From Candidatus Omnitrophota bacterium (GTDB lineage: Bacteria; Omnitrophota; Gorgyraeia; 2-01-FULL-45-10), in the NCBI GenBank assembly GCA_903843285.1, contig CAIMPC010000016.1:1075-65074 (forward strand): 64,000 bases of DNA. Direction: 5' to 3'. The notes under the pieces were generated by a model. The model was not told where the DNA came from. It worked only from the letters and a program-made list of their open reading frames with translations, and did no database searches. Position 1 is the stretch's first letter, and each line of letters starts with the position of its first letter. This document shows positions 1-9,456 of the stretch, piece after piece. The position numbers and the translations under genes were made by a program.

Positions 1-219
1 CACGCGGGTTTTTTTTGAGGGCATATAGACTGTCAGTCCGCGAATATATCTTATGTTAAGTAGCCAATCTTAAAGTATATAATGTAATATATTGATATGC
101 AATGAGTTACATATTTATACAATTCACCTGTTAGTAAGTCAAATTCTCCTCTGAGCACAAGCGTACTTACCCACAGGATAAAGTTTATCGCCTATAAATG
201 ACAGGCTTTTGACTGGAAA

Positions 220-561
220 TTACATTACGATGGAATCTACGGTAAATTCTTTGCTATATAGGATATCAAGGTCGGAAGTATTGCACTTATTGCACTTTGT
301 GGTGGGTTTATCTACTTTAAACCGGTGATCACAGGCTCTGCATTTTATCTCCAACGGAAGGACTTTTACATTAAGAATGACACCATCAAATTCTGTGTCT
401 TTAATCATGGCGCCGAAGGTCTCTACCAGGGTCTCTGGTTTAACGTGGCTTAATGGGCTTAAGGACGCGTTTACGGAGGTAATCTTCGTGCCTTTAGGTA
501 CAGCGCTAAGCTTATTCTTTAACGCTGAAATTATCTCTTTTGTGAACATCAGATCGTGCAT
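220..561 (-). CDS. hypA: [NiFe] hydrogenase nickel-insertion maturation factor HypA
   Basis: 113 aa, typical HypA length. Two CxxC pairs (CRAC...x13...CNKC) form the C-terminal zinc finger. N-terminus MHDL resembles the MHE start of HypA. Confidence 0.75.
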   Translation of the reverse strand: MHDLMFTKEIISALKNKLSAVPKGTKITSVNASLSPLSHVKPETLVETFGAMIKDTEFDGVILNVKVLPLEIKCRACDHRFKVDKPTTKCNKCNTSDLDILYSKEFTVDSIVM

Positions 562-570
562 GGAGAGTCC

Positions 571-963
571 TTAAACGATTATTTTTGAACGGATATCTTC
601 AGGAATCCCGATCGGTTTTAGATCCCCATTTACACAGGCCCAGACTACCCTGACTGTAACCAATGTCGCCTCTCCCCTCTTAATTTCCTGTGTAAACGTC
701 AGGGAGGCGCTGCCCACTTTTTCGGGCCTGGTAAATATTTGGACCACATCGCCGTATCTGGCAGGTTTTTTGTAATCGAGTTCCAGATGAACCACTGGAA
801 ATAGTATGCCATTTTTTGTGTATTCGATCAGATCTACGCCCAGATGATTAAAATATTCCGTACGGGCTTCCTCGAGGTGTTTTAAATAGGAACCATAATA
901 TACGACACCCCCGGCGTCTGTGTCATGGTAGTAAATTTTCTTTTCGTAGTGGTATTCGCTCAT
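571..963 (-). CDS. Acyl-CoA thioesterase, hotdog fold (YbgC/4HBT family)
   Basis: 130 aa. N-terminal YHDTDAGGVVYYGSYL matches the 4HBT/YbgC signature (YxDTDxxGxVYH). Confidence 0.7.
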   Translation of the reverse strand: MSEYHYEKKIYYHDTDAGGVVYYGSYLKHLEEARTEYFNHLGVDLIEYTKNGILFPVVHLELDYKKPARYGDVVQIFTRPEKVGSASLTFTQEIKRGEATLVTVRVVWACVNGDLKPIGIPEDIRSKIIV

Positions 964-967
964 ATCC

Positions 968-1594
968 TCATATCCTTAGTATAAATTTTATGAATAACAG
1001 TATAACATTTTGTATCGCTATTATAGCCGGATTAAGTATTCCTGTAAATAGTAATGCGAATATTAATAACAGACCATATGGCTCGATCCTTAATAACGCG
1101 ATTTGAGCCCGCTGGGGCAATATTCCTAATAATATTCTGGAGCCATCGAGTGGCGGGATCGGTATAAGGTTGAAAGCCCCCAATATAATGTTGATCTTTA
1201 CCATTACCACGAGTACGATGGCCACCATCTGATTTGCAGATATTACATCGAATTGCAGAAGTAAAGTGGCTATGGTAGCGATCAGGATATTCGTAACGCA
1301 GCCGGCTAGCGATACGCATACCAAGCCAAGCCTAAAGTTTTTCAGATTTGAATAAACTACCGGAACGGGTTTTGCCCAGCCGAAACCCACGAGGAATAGC
1401 GCGAGCGTTCCGATGGGATCGAGGTGAACCAGGGGGTTTAGCGTGAGTCTTCCATTACGTTTAGCGGTATCATCGCCAAACAGATATGCTACAAATCCGT
1501 GAGATATTTCGTGAAGTATTATTGAATACAGAAGCGGTATCGCAAGAAGTAAAAAAGCGACCGGATCCTTAAATAGAAGCGATGCTAGCCCCAT
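968..1594 (-). CDS. Site-2 protease family (M50) membrane zinc metalloprotease
   Basis: 208 aa polytopic membrane protein. HEISHG (HExxH) plus NLIPIPPLDG (the LDG motif) are the two S2P active-site motifs. Confidence 0.7.
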   Translation of the reverse strand: MGLASLLFKDPVAFLLLAIPLLYSIILHEISHGFVAYLFGDDTAKRNGRLTLNPLVHLDPIGTLALFLVGFGWAKPVPVVYSNLKNFRLGLVCVSLAGCVTNILIATIATLLLQFDVISANQMVAIVLVVMVKINIILGAFNLIPIPPLDGSRILLGILPQRAQIALLRIEPYGLLLIFALLFTGILNPAIIAIQNVILLFIKFILRI

Positions 1595-1609
1595 CTATAA
1601 TCGACTCCG

Positions 1610-2311
1610 CTATTTCTTATGATACTTATCTAAGATCTTTAGCAAAGAATCCGCGCATTCAGGCATCCTCACCATATCTTCAAGAAGTATCTGTCTGGCG
1701 GAAAAGTTTTTACCATATAATGCGAAATTACCATCCCATTCCTGGGTAATTACTGCGCCTTCCAATTTTACACCCGCGAACAGTCCGCGAGTTCTGGAGT
1801 ACGAGAGTATGCCGCCCTTCAGTTGAATATCTGTGGAGGCTTCAGCGGCTCTACCTACAGGGCCTGCCGCGACCGAAGCATCAGCGCCGAGCTTGAATTT
1901 ACCATCGAGTATGCCATCCACGCTTCTTCTATTCATTACAAGCAGTACAAAGTCCGTTGCCTGTCCGCCTATTTGCCACCCAAAACTTCCGCCGGCGATA
2001 GTGAATGCAGCCGGAGGAGACCAATTGCCGGTCTTTTCATCCCTGACCATAATTATTCCCTGCCCGTATTTTCCTCCGAAAACAAAACCGGCAGAAATGG
2101 TATTTGGGAATATACATATCGCGTTGCAGCTCTTCATTAAATCCTCGGGTATCGACTGATCCGGCATCTGCTGGAGCTCGCCTAAAACCTGTCCGGCCTC
2201 ATCAACCAGCCTTGACCACCTGCTCACAGCACACGCATTGGAACACGCAGAAGATGTTAAGAATGCTAGAATAAACGTCGCCATAACAAGTCTTTTCATC
2301 AAATCCTCCAT
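1610..2311 (-). CDS. SYLF (Ysc84-like) lipid-binding domain protein, probable lipoprotein
   Basis: 233 aa. N-terminal signal with lipobox-like LTSSAC. Glycine-rich SYLF/DUF500-like core (GGSFGWQIGGQ). Confidence 0.5.
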   Translation of the reverse strand: MEDLMKRLVMATFILAFLTSSACSNACAVSRWSRLVDEAGQVLGELQQMPDQSIPEDLMKSCNAICIFPNTISAGFVFGGKYGQGIIMVRDEKTGNWSPPAAFTIAGGSFGWQIGGQATDFVLLVMNRRSVDGILDGKFKLGADASVAAGPVGRAAEASTDIQLKGGILSYSRTRGLFAGVKLEGAVITQEWDGNFALYGKNFSARQILLEDMVRMPECADSLLKILDKYHKK

Positions 2312-2318
2312 TTATTTA

Positions 2319-3308
2319 TCACCGTTTTAAATTAGAAGCTGAATACGCCAGAGCCGAAATAATTGCAGAGCATGGTATGGTTAATATCCATGCCCATACG
2401 ATCTGTCCGGCCACACCCCATTTTACAGCGCTAATTCGTTTTAATGAGCCTACACCTACGATGGCGCCGGTTATAGTATGCGTGGTGCTTACGGGGATTC
2501 CGAATGCGGATGAGATGAAGAGGGTAATAGCCGCGCCGAATTCCGCGCAAAATCCGTCAACCGGTTTTAGCTTAGATATTTTCTGGCCCATAGTCTTAAC
2601 TATCCGCCAACCGCCGAACATCGTGCCTACGGAGATAGCGCCGTAACACGCTATTACAACCCATGAAGGTATATGATACGCCCCACCCAATAATCCGGCA
2701 CTGAATAGAAGGCTCGCTATTATACCCATAGTCTTTTGAGCATCATTCCCGCCATGACCCATGCTATAGAACGCGGCTGACACAAGCTGACCTTTTCTGA
2801 ATATATGGTCAACCTTCATAGGCGAACTATTTCGAAATATCCGATATACCATGATGCCTATGCCAAGGCCGAGGATAAGTCCTATGGCAGGAGAAATAAA
2901 TATGAAAGATACCGTCTTCAGTATTCCTGACCAGACCAGGGCTTTTGGCCCGGTCTTAACCAGAGCTGAGCCTATCATCCCCCCTATTAGCGCATGAGAA
3001 GAGCTGGTAGGAAGGCCAAAATACCAGGTTATTATATTCCAACCGCACGCTCCGACCAATGTGCCGAAAATTATATGTTTATCTATAATGGCTATATCGA
3101 TTATGCCCCTTCCGATAGTATTTGCGACATGAAGGCCAAAAAACGCGAAAGCGGCGAAATTAAAAAATGCCGCCCATATTATGGCGACACGCGGCGAAAG
3201 CACTCTGGTAGAGACTACGGTGGCGATGGAATTGGCGGAGTCATGAAAGCCGTTTAAGAAATCGAAAACTAAGGCTAGTAATATCAATAGTACGATACTG
3301 ATAGTCAT
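2319..3308 (-). CDS. pit: Inorganic phosphate transporter, PiT family
   Basis: 329 aa, polytopic. Duplicated PiT signatures GFHDSANSIATVV and GNDAQKTMG. Confidence 0.8.
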   Translation of the reverse strand: MTISIVLLILLALVFDFLNGFHDSANSIATVVSTRVLSPRVAIIWAAFFNFAAFAFFGLHVANTIGRGIIDIAIIDKHIIFGTLVGACGWNIITWYFGLPTSSSHALIGGMIGSALVKTGPKALVWSGILKTVSFIFISPAIGLILGLGIGIMVYRIFRNSSPMKVDHIFRKGQLVSAAFYSMGHGGNDAQKTMGIIASLLFSAGLLGGAYHIPSWVVIACYGAISVGTMFGGWRIVKTMGQKISKLKPVDGFCAEFGAAITLFISSAFGIPVSTTHTITGAIVGVGSLKRISAVKWGVAGQIVWAWILTIPCSAIISALAYSASNLKR

Positions 3309-3309
3309 T

Positions 3310-3978
3310 TTAAGCCTGTTTAACTAGAATGGACTGGACGACGTGCGCTACATCTTCACAGATGTCGAGAACCGTTTCAGCTGCCTGATAGATCTCTTTT
3401 CTTTTAATAACGTCGATCGGATCCTTTGATGTTTCGAATAGGTCGGCCAGCACATTATCTCTCAGAGTGTCACCCACATTCTCGAGTCGATTTATTTCAA
3501 TACAGGATTCGATGACTGATTTTAAGTTCTTTCCATCGCGCAGTCCCTTTACAGCGCACTCCACAGCGTGCGTAGATTCCGATATGATCAAAGCGAATTC
3601 GATCAGATTCTTATCGTTAGCGTTAACCTTATAGGTTTTCATACGGTTCACGATGGCATAGAGCATGTCGATTATATCGTCGAGCTCTTTGGCTAATGAG
3701 TGGATATCTTCTCTGTCAAAAGGTGTGATAAAGGTCTTATTAAGGCGGTCGAGTATGTCATGGGTTATTCCATCGCCTTGATGCTCAATCTCATGCATCC
3801 TATGGAGCGCGTCCGAATCGATTATCGCCGATTTGGTAACCAGTTCTTTAAATAGACTGGCCGCCTCGACCGCGCAAGCGGCCTGCTTTTCGAAGAGGTC
3901 ATAAAATTTAAATTCTTTAGGAAGAAAGCTGAAACCCATAAGGCTCCTTTTATTATCTGTGATATTTGATTTATCCAA
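3310..3978 (-). CDS. PhoU-like DUF47 (TIGR00153) protein, PiT-associated
   Basis: 222 aa helical protein immediately upstream of pit with a 1-nt gap. This is the typical pit-DUF47 pair. Confidence 0.65.
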   Translation of the reverse strand: MDKSNITDNKRSLMGFSFLPKEFKFYDLFEKQAACAVEAASLFKELVTKSAIIDSDALHRMHEIEHQGDGITHDILDRLNKTFITPFDREDIHSLAKELDDIIDMLYAIVNRMKTYKVNANDKNLIEFALIISESTHAVECAVKGLRDGKNLKSVIESCIEINRLENVGDTLRDNVLADLFETSKDPIDVIKRKEIYQAAETVLDICEDVAHVVQSILVKQA

Positions 3979-4056
3979 TACATTATAAATGGAACGCTTA
4001 GCTATATCAAGACTTTTATAAAAGCTTGAGTAGTAAATATATTTTTTAGCGCTCCC

Positions 4057-4084
4057 TTGTTTACGGTGAATGATGTGATATAAT
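4057..4084 (+). promoter_or_regulatory. Sigma70-like promoter for glgC (TTGTTT-16nt-TATAAT)
   Basis: TTGTTT at 4057-4062, a 16-nt spacer, then TATAAT at 4079-4084. An AAAGGA RBS lies 7 nt before the ATG at 4111. Confidence 0.5.
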
Positions 4085-4110
4085 TGGTTAAATAAAAAAA
4101 GGATTAATAT

Positions 4111-5364
4111 ATGAAACGAGTTGTAGCGCTAATTTTGGGTGGTGGCCAGGGGAAGAGGCTCTTCCCATTAACGGAATATAGGTCTAAGCCGGCAGTGCCC
4201 ATTGCCGCTAAATACAGACTTATCGATATCCCTATTTCCAATTGCCTCCATTCGAATATAAAAGACATATATGTGCTTACGCAATTTAACTCCGAGAGCC
4301 TCAATAATCATATCAATAATACCTATAGGTTCGACTATTTTTCTAGAGCATTTGTCAGGATCCTCGCCGCTGAGCAAACCGTCGATAACACAAACTGGTT
4401 TCAGGGAACTGCGGATGCGGTAAGAAGAAATCTTTTTCATCTGAATCTTAAAAACGATGATATAGTACTGATACTCTCCGGCGACCATCTCTATAACATG
4501 GACTATCGAAGGCTAGTAAGCTTTCATAGTAAGCATAATGCAGATTTTACTGTATCTGTAATACCCGTGAAGCCGAGTGAAGCCGATGAATTTGGAGTAA
4601 TAAGGATAAACCGGGAAGATAGGATCGTCAGCTTTAAGGAGAAGCCTAAGTCAAGGGATGAACTTAAGGGATTCGTCTTTAAGGGTGACATGTATGGTGT
4701 GAAAACTCTACCCGGCTCATATTGTCTTGCATCTATGGGAGTATACGTTTTCAATGCGGAGGTTTTGAAGAAGGTACTGGAAGGCAGTGACGCAGATTTT
4801 GGCAAAGAGGTTATCCCTAACTCAATCAAAAATTATAACGGAGTAGGTTATATATTTGACGACTACTGGAGGGATGTCGGCACGATAAAGTCGTTCTATG
4901 AAGTGAATATGGACCTGGCCAGCGGCAAGTCGTATATGTCATTTTTCTATGACGGCTCTGTGTTCACCAGGCCTCGGTTTCTTCCTGTGGCGAGGATATT
5001 AAAGTGTGGGATAGAAAAATCTATTATCTCCGAAGGATCCGTGATAACACTCGCGAAGATCTCCAACTCTATTATCGGCCTGCGTTCGATAGTGGGTAAA
5101 AACTGTAAGATATCAAGAACTGTCCTGATGGGTGCTGATTACTATGAAGATTTGAGCAGCAGTGATGAGCCGGTAAGGATAGGCATTGGGGATGGTACGG
5201 TTATAGACAAAGCGATAGTAGATAAGAATGCCAGGATCGGCAGAAATGTTGTGATAAGAAACTCTGATAAACTAAAGAATTTCGACGGGGATAACTATTT
5301 TATCAGGGACAGCATTGTAATAATTCCGAAGAATGCCGTGATTAAGGATGGGACGAGGATTTAG
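4111..5364 (+). CDS. glgC: Glucose-1-phosphate adenylyltransferase
   Basis: 417 aa. N-terminal ILGGGQGKRLFPLT...KPAVP nucleotide-binding motif, then a C-terminal left-handed beta-helix region. This is the GlgC family pattern. Confidence 0.85.
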   Translation: MKRVVALILGGGQGKRLFPLTEYRSKPAVPIAAKYRLIDIPISNCLHSNIKDIYVLTQFNSESLNNHINNTYRFDYFSRAFVRILAAEQTVDNTNWFQGTADAVRRNLFHLNLKNDDIVLILSGDHLYNMDYRRLVSFHSKHNADFTVSVIPVKPSEADEFGVIRINREDRIVSFKEKPKSRDELKGFVFKGDMYGVKTLPGSYCLASMGVYVFNAEVLKKVLEGSDADFGKEVIPNSIKNYNGVGYIFDDYWRDVGTIKSFYEVNMDLASGKSYMSFFYDGSVFTRPRFLPVARILKCGIEKSIISEGSVITLAKISNSIIGLRSIVGKNCKISRTVLMGADYYEDLSSSDEPVRIGIGDGTVIDKAIVDKNARIGRNVVIRNSDKLKNFDGDNYFIRDSIVIIPKNAVIKDGTRI

Positions 5365-6265
5365 TTTTAATATTACTGCTTAGGGGCAAGTCCCTTCCTT
5401 GATAAGATCCCCTTCTTTTTAGGGTCTCCACTATCATCTGTAAAGTCCCCAACTTATCCAGCGCCCAAGCGGGCGCTATGTGGTCCCCCTTACTTCCCTG
5501 GGCGGTCATGCGTTGTATTATTATCCCCGGCGAAAGCCTTTCCAGGAAATCACACACTATCTCTACATATTCTTCCTGCCCCAGGGGGTGGATAGCACCA
5601 TCCCTATATTGCTTCTCGAGTACGCTACCTTTAAGAATATGCAGAAGGTGTATCTTTACGCCATCGACCTGAAGCTCAGTTAATTTCTCGGCAGTCTCAA
5701 GGATATCTTTTCTGTTTTCACCGGGTAAGCCTATGATCACGTGGGCACATACAGGTATCGACAGTCTCTTTGTCAGGTTGTAGGCATTCAGAAAATCTTT
5801 AAATTCATGGCCGCGGTTTATGTTTTTAAGCGTTCTGTCATGAATGGTCTGAAGGCCGTATTCCAGCCACACCTCATACGTATCTTTGTACGAAGCGATA
5901 AGATTTAGTTTTTCGCCGTCAATGCAATCGGGGCGTGTTCCGATCGATAAACCTACTATATCCTTAAACGGTAATATTTGGTCGTAGACATACTTTAGCT
6001 TATCCGGTGAAGCGTTCGTATTGGTGAATGCCTGAAAGTATGCAATAAACCTAGATGCGCTCCTGCTCTTTTTTAAATATTCAATGCGTTCGGATATTTG
6101 CTTTTCTACAGATTCCCCCGCCGTGGAATACGTAGAGCGCGAACCGTTTTCGTTGCAATATGTACAGCGAAACGGGCATGAGAAAGCTGCATCGATACCT
6201 ATGCGATATACCTTAGAGCCGTACTTTTCGCGTAGATGGGTAGAGTAGTCGTTATATGGTTTCAT
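5342..6265 (-). CDS. Radical SAM protein, TIGR01212 (YhcC) family
   Basis: 307 aa with an N-terminal CPFRCTYCN cysteine cluster in a TIM-barrel-like radical SAM fold. Its 3' end overlaps glgC convergently by 23 nt. Confidence 0.6.
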   Translation of the reverse strand: MKPYNDYSTHLREKYGSKVYRIGIDAAFSCPFRCTYCNENGSRSTYSTAGESVEKQISERIEYLKKSRSASRFIAYFQAFTNTNASPDKLKYVYDQILPFKDIVGLSIGTRPDCIDGEKLNLIASYKDTYEVWLEYGLQTIHDRTLKNINRGHEFKDFLNAYNLTKRLSIPVCAHVIIGLPGENRKDILETAEKLTELQVDGVKIHLLHILKGSVLEKQYRDGAIHPLGQEEYVEIVCDFLERLSPGIIIQRMTAQGSKGDHIAPAWALDKLGTLQMIVETLKRRGSYQGRDLPLSSNIKTKSSSHP

Positions 6266-6343
6266 ACTTAGATTCTTCGGTCGGCCGATGGCCTACCCCA
6301 GAATGACGGAAGTTGTATTTCGCAACAGTCCCATAATACATGT

Positions 6344-6763
6344 TTACTGAATCGGGGCGGTGGCTAAATATTCTGCGGGAGATACGGCAGGAATAGGAGA
6401 ATTTTTGTAATGCGATGCATCTCTGGTAATTATATAATCGGATTGGCATGCTTGAGCGCAAACTATCTGAATACCATCTTCGAAATCTTTCGACTCTAAT
6501 TCAAGTCCTTTTTCAAGCGTTTTTCTGTCAACTTCCACAACATGCAATAATTTCAATAAATTTCGAATATAAGCAATGGCCGTCTTTCGATCGCTTCCTT
6601 TTTGTATAAGATAGTATATCGTTGCGCAAGAAATCGCGCTGATGTATCCGCCGGCTTTTCTTCTTTCTATCAGGCTTAGAACTCTCTGCGAAGACCTCAG
6701 ATGGGGTTCCCTCGCCAGGGCTACATCTAAAAGCACATTAATATCAACGAATAATTTATCCAT
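6344..6763 (-). CDS. vapC: PIN-domain ribonuclease toxin (VapC-like)
   Basis: 139 aa. Conserved acidic residues in PIN positions (N-terminal D in FVDINVL, E in LIERR, D in FEDG and ITRD). Confidence 0.65.
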   Translation of the reverse strand: MDKLFVDINVLLDVALAREPHLRSSQRVLSLIERRKAGGYISAISCATIYYLIQKGSDRKTAIAYIRNLLKLLHVVEVDRKTLEKGLELESKDFEDGIQIVCAQACQSDYIITRDASHYKNSPIPAVSPAEYLATAPIQ

Positions 6764-7031
6764 TCAAATGCTTAGACTCTATATGCTTTTTATAGTCTTC
6801 CCGATCCACTCTGGTGTGTGAGATAATCCCACTCAATCGATGCACGATAGGAGTGACTTCGTCGCGAGATTTCAGCTCCTTCTTTAGGCGAAGTATAAAA
6901 TCCGAAAATAATTTGGACAAAGATTCATTATGTTCTTTCGCCCATTGCTTGCCAAATTTTTTAGTGTCATTACTGACCCACAATGTTAATTTGGATTTTG
7001 AGACCGTGGTTTGCATTTTTATTTCCTCCAT
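6756..7031 (-). CDS. Putative antitoxin partnered with VapC
   Basis: 91 aa ORF immediately upstream of the PIN gene, with an 8-nt overlap, which is the typical VapB-VapC arrangement. The fold is not recognisable. Confidence 0.4.
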   Translation of the reverse strand: MEEIKMQTTVSKSKLTLWVSNDTKKFGKQWAKEHNESLSKLFSDFILRLKKELKSRDEVTPIVHRLSGIISHTRVDREDYKKHIESKHLNG

Positions 7032-7064
7032 ACGTATATAGTGTATATTACAATACGTATAATG

Positions 7065-8864
7065 TCAAGGGTTTCCGGATCTCCTCTTTGCGTCCAGATA
7101 TATCATAAGTATGGATATTGCTACCGGTGTAACGCCCGAAATACGCGATGCCTGGCCCAAATTTACAGGCCTTGCCTTCGATAATTTTTCCCTGATCTCC
7201 ATTGATAGAGAATTAATACTTTTATAGTCCATATCTTGAGGGATCTTTATCCTCTCTACCTTAGATAGCCGCTGAATCTCTTTCAGTTGTCTGGTAATGA
7301 ACCCCTCATACTTAATTTCGATCTCGACGACCTTGCTCTCCTTCGATATAATAGGCGTACGTTCACTATCCGGCACTGCCTCTTCGTACGATACGCCGGG
7401 CCGCTTCAGAATCTTATCAATATGACGGGCTTTTAGCCTTTCGATTTCATTTTGTATTCTAGTTTGCTTGTCGAACGTCTTCTTATATATTTCATCATTC
7501 ACAAGACCGATCTTATGCCCTACGGGGACAAGTCGCGTGTCGGCATTATCTTCTCTTAATATCAACCTATATTCGACGCGGGATGTGAACATCCTATATG
7601 GCTCGGCCGTTCCCTTTGTCACAAGATCATCTATGAGAACGCCGATATAAGCCTGCGACCTGTCGAGCGTAAGAGGCTCTTTGCCCTTAATCTTTAGCGA
7701 TGCATTTATCCCCGCCATAAGCCCCAGAGATGCGGCTTCTTCGTATCCGGTGGTCCCATTTATCTGGCCTGCCATATAAAGCCCGGACACAGCTTTTGTC
7801 TCAAGCGTGGGATATAGCTCGGTAGGGTCGACATAGTCATATTCGATTCCATATCCAGGTTTTACAATCTTCGCCTTCTCGAGACCATTTATAGAGGCCA
7901 CTATCTTCTCCTGGACGTCTAATGGCAGGCTGGTGGATATACCGTTGGGGTAATACTGTGTGGTGTTCAGACCCTCAGGTTCGATGAATATATGATGGCG
8001 GTCGCGCAAAGGAAACCGGTGCAATTTATCCTCAATAGATGGGCAATATCGAACTCCAGTGCCTTTTATCACTCCGGTAAATAGTGGTGACCTGTCGAGA
8101 TTTGAAAGAATTATATCGTGAGTTTTCTTGTTCGTATATGTTATGTAGCAAGGCAGTTGTTTTCTATGTATCTGTTCGGTTTCAAAAGAGAATGGATTTA
8201 TTGGCTCATCGCCCTGTTGAATTATAAGTTTATCGAAATTAATCGTAGTACCATCCAACCTTGCACAGGTGCCGGTCTTCAGTCGGCCCATAGTAAGGCC
8301 GAGGCTCTTTATCGAATTCGACAGCCCTTCGGAATTGGTCTCTCCTATCCTTCCCCCAGCCCAATGTTCCATACCTAAATGTATCAGGCCATTTAGGAAT
8401 GTGCCAGGGGTAATTACTATGCATTTCGCATGGAGTATTTCACCGGATAATGTTTTAATACCCGCTACTCGGCCGCTTTTAATCAAAATTTCTTCTACTA
8501 CGCCCTCCATGACGATTAATCCAGACTGGCCCAATATAACATCTTTCATATACAGTCGATAAGCTTCTATATCTACCTGCGCCCGGGTCGACCATACTGC
8601 GGGGCCTTTTTTAGTGTTCAATGTGCGGAATTGTACGGCGGTGGCATCGGTGGCTTTAGCCATTTGGCCTCCAAGGGCGTCAATCTCTTTTACTATCTGG
8701 CCTTTTGCAAGTCCGCCAATGGCAGGATTACACGACATCAGTCCTATGGTATTGATACTCATTGTAATAAGGAGTATTTTAAGGCCAAGCCTTGCGCCGG
8801 CAAGACTGGCTTCACAGCCAGCGTGCCCCGAGCCTACCACTATTATATCGAATTCATTATTCAT
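7065..8864 (-). CDS. mnmG: tRNA uridine 5-carboxymethylaminomethyl modification enzyme MnmG (GidA)
   Basis: 599 aa. N-terminal FAD motif [14 protein letters not shown], and [13 protein letters not shown] signature. Confidence 0.9.
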   Translation of the reverse strand: MNNEFDIIVVGSGHAGCEASLAGARLGLKILLITMSINTIGLMSCNPAIGGLAKGQIVKEIDALGGQMAKATDATAVQFRTLNTKKGPAVWSTRAQVDIEAYRLYMKDVILGQSGLIVMEGVVEEILIKSGRVAGIKTLSGEILHAKCIVITPGTFLNGLIHLGMEHWAGGRIGETNSEGLSNSIKSLGLTMGRLKTGTCARLDGTTINFDKLIIQQGDEPINPFSFETEQIHRKQLPCYITYTNKKTHDIILSNLDRSPLFTGVIKGTGVRYCPSIEDKLHRFPLRDRHHIFIEPEGLNTTQYYPNGISTSLPLDVQEKIVASINGLEKAKIVKPGYGIEYDYVDPTELYPTLETKAVSGLYMAGQINGTTGYEEAASLGLMAGINASLKIKGKEPLTLDRSQAYIGVLIDDLVTKGTAEPYRMFTSRVEYRLILREDNADTRLVPVGHKIGLVNDEIYKKTFDKQTRIQNEIERLKARHIDKILKRPGVSYEEAVPDSERTPIISKESKVVEIEIKYEGFITRQLKEIQRLSKVERIKIPQDMDYKSINSLSMEIREKLSKARPVNLGQASRISGVTPVAISILMIYLDAKRRSGNP

Positions 8865-8904
8865 AGTACATAATCCAGATCCTTCTAAATATTTTCATGC
8901 ACTC

Positions 8905-8932
8905 TTGTTTTTTGTGTAACATTAGGTATACT
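8905..8932 (+). promoter_or_regulatory. Sigma70-like promoter (TTGTTT-16nt-TATACT) in the mnmG / response-regulator intergenic region, pointing at the downstream terminator
   Basis: TTGTTT at 8905-8910 and TATACT at 8927-8932. Confidence 0.3.
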
Positions 8933-8938
8933 TACTAC

Positions 8939-9049
8939 TGGATGACAACGGCTCACTGATCCGTTCTCGGATCCATGGTACAACGTACCGCAAGATGCTG
9001 TTGCCATCCGGCAATACTTCCCGCCATTAGTGATAATGGCGGTTTTTTT
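8939..9049 (+). ncRNA. Candidate small RNA of about 110 nt (promoter to terminator), antisense-oriented between two minus-strand genes
   Basis: Three short hairpins: GATCCGttctCGGATC, GGTACaacGTACC and TTGCCatccGGCAA. These are followed by a canonical terminator. Confidence 0.3.
9021..9049 (+). terminator. Rho-independent terminator, plus-strand only
   Basis: CCGCCATTA-gtga-TAATGGCGG forms a 9-bp stem with a 4-nt loop, followed by TTTTTTT. The reverse complement has no trailing U tract. Confidence 0.55.
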
Positions 9050-9054
9050 ATGCT

Positions 9055-9441
9055 TTATTTGGATACTTGTTTTCGCAGCGGCGCCAGAGAAAGCATTATC
9101 TGCAATGCCTTCAGCACCTCTTCCAGGTTGATAGGCTTTGTTATGTAGTAATCTGCTTCGAAGTCATATCCCTTCATTACATTGGCAGGCTCTGACAAGG
9201 CGCTTATTATTATAACCGGCACCCATCTTTTTGATGATCTTAATTTTTCGATAAAATCCCAGCCATCTTTTTTTGGCATCTTTATATCGCACATGATGAT
9301 ATCGGGATTATCGGAATCGAATTTTTGCAGACCATCCTCACCGTCATATGCTTTGGAAATGGCATAGCCGCGAGCGGTTAAAAAATCCGATAGCATCTCA
9401 ACTATATCTGTTTCATCATCTATAATCAACACCTTCTGCAT
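9055..9441 (-). CDS. Single-domain response regulator (CheY-like receiver)
   Basis: 128 aa. IIDDE acidic pocket, phospho-acceptor D in DIIMCDIKMP, and a conserved K. Confidence 0.8.
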   Translation of the reverse strand: MQKVLIIDDETDIVEMLSDFLTARGYAISKAYDGEDGLQKFDSDNPDIIMCDIKMPKKDGWDFIEKLRSSKRWVPVIIISALSEPANVMKGYDFEADYYITKPINLEEVLKALQIMLSLAPLRKQVSK

Positions 9442-9456
9442 AGTGGCGTGTAAATC

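Noticed and set aside
1-16. GCGGG + T8 at the window edge as a terminator
   Set aside because: The upstream half of any stem lies outside the window, so it cannot be evaluated.
1032-1319. Antisense and 'shadow' ORFs inside well-supported genes (e.g. 1032-1319, 1823-2159, 8118-8919, 16022-16630, 24082-24909, 40558-41913, 51937-52791)
   Set aside because: They lie opposite long conserved-family CDSs. They have no recognisable motifs and are amino-acid skewed (Ser/Pro/Arg-rich) as expected of the reverse frame of an AT-rich gene.
6252-6461. 69-aa ORF overlapping the vapC 3' end
   Set aside because: It overlaps the PIN gene in another frame and has no features.
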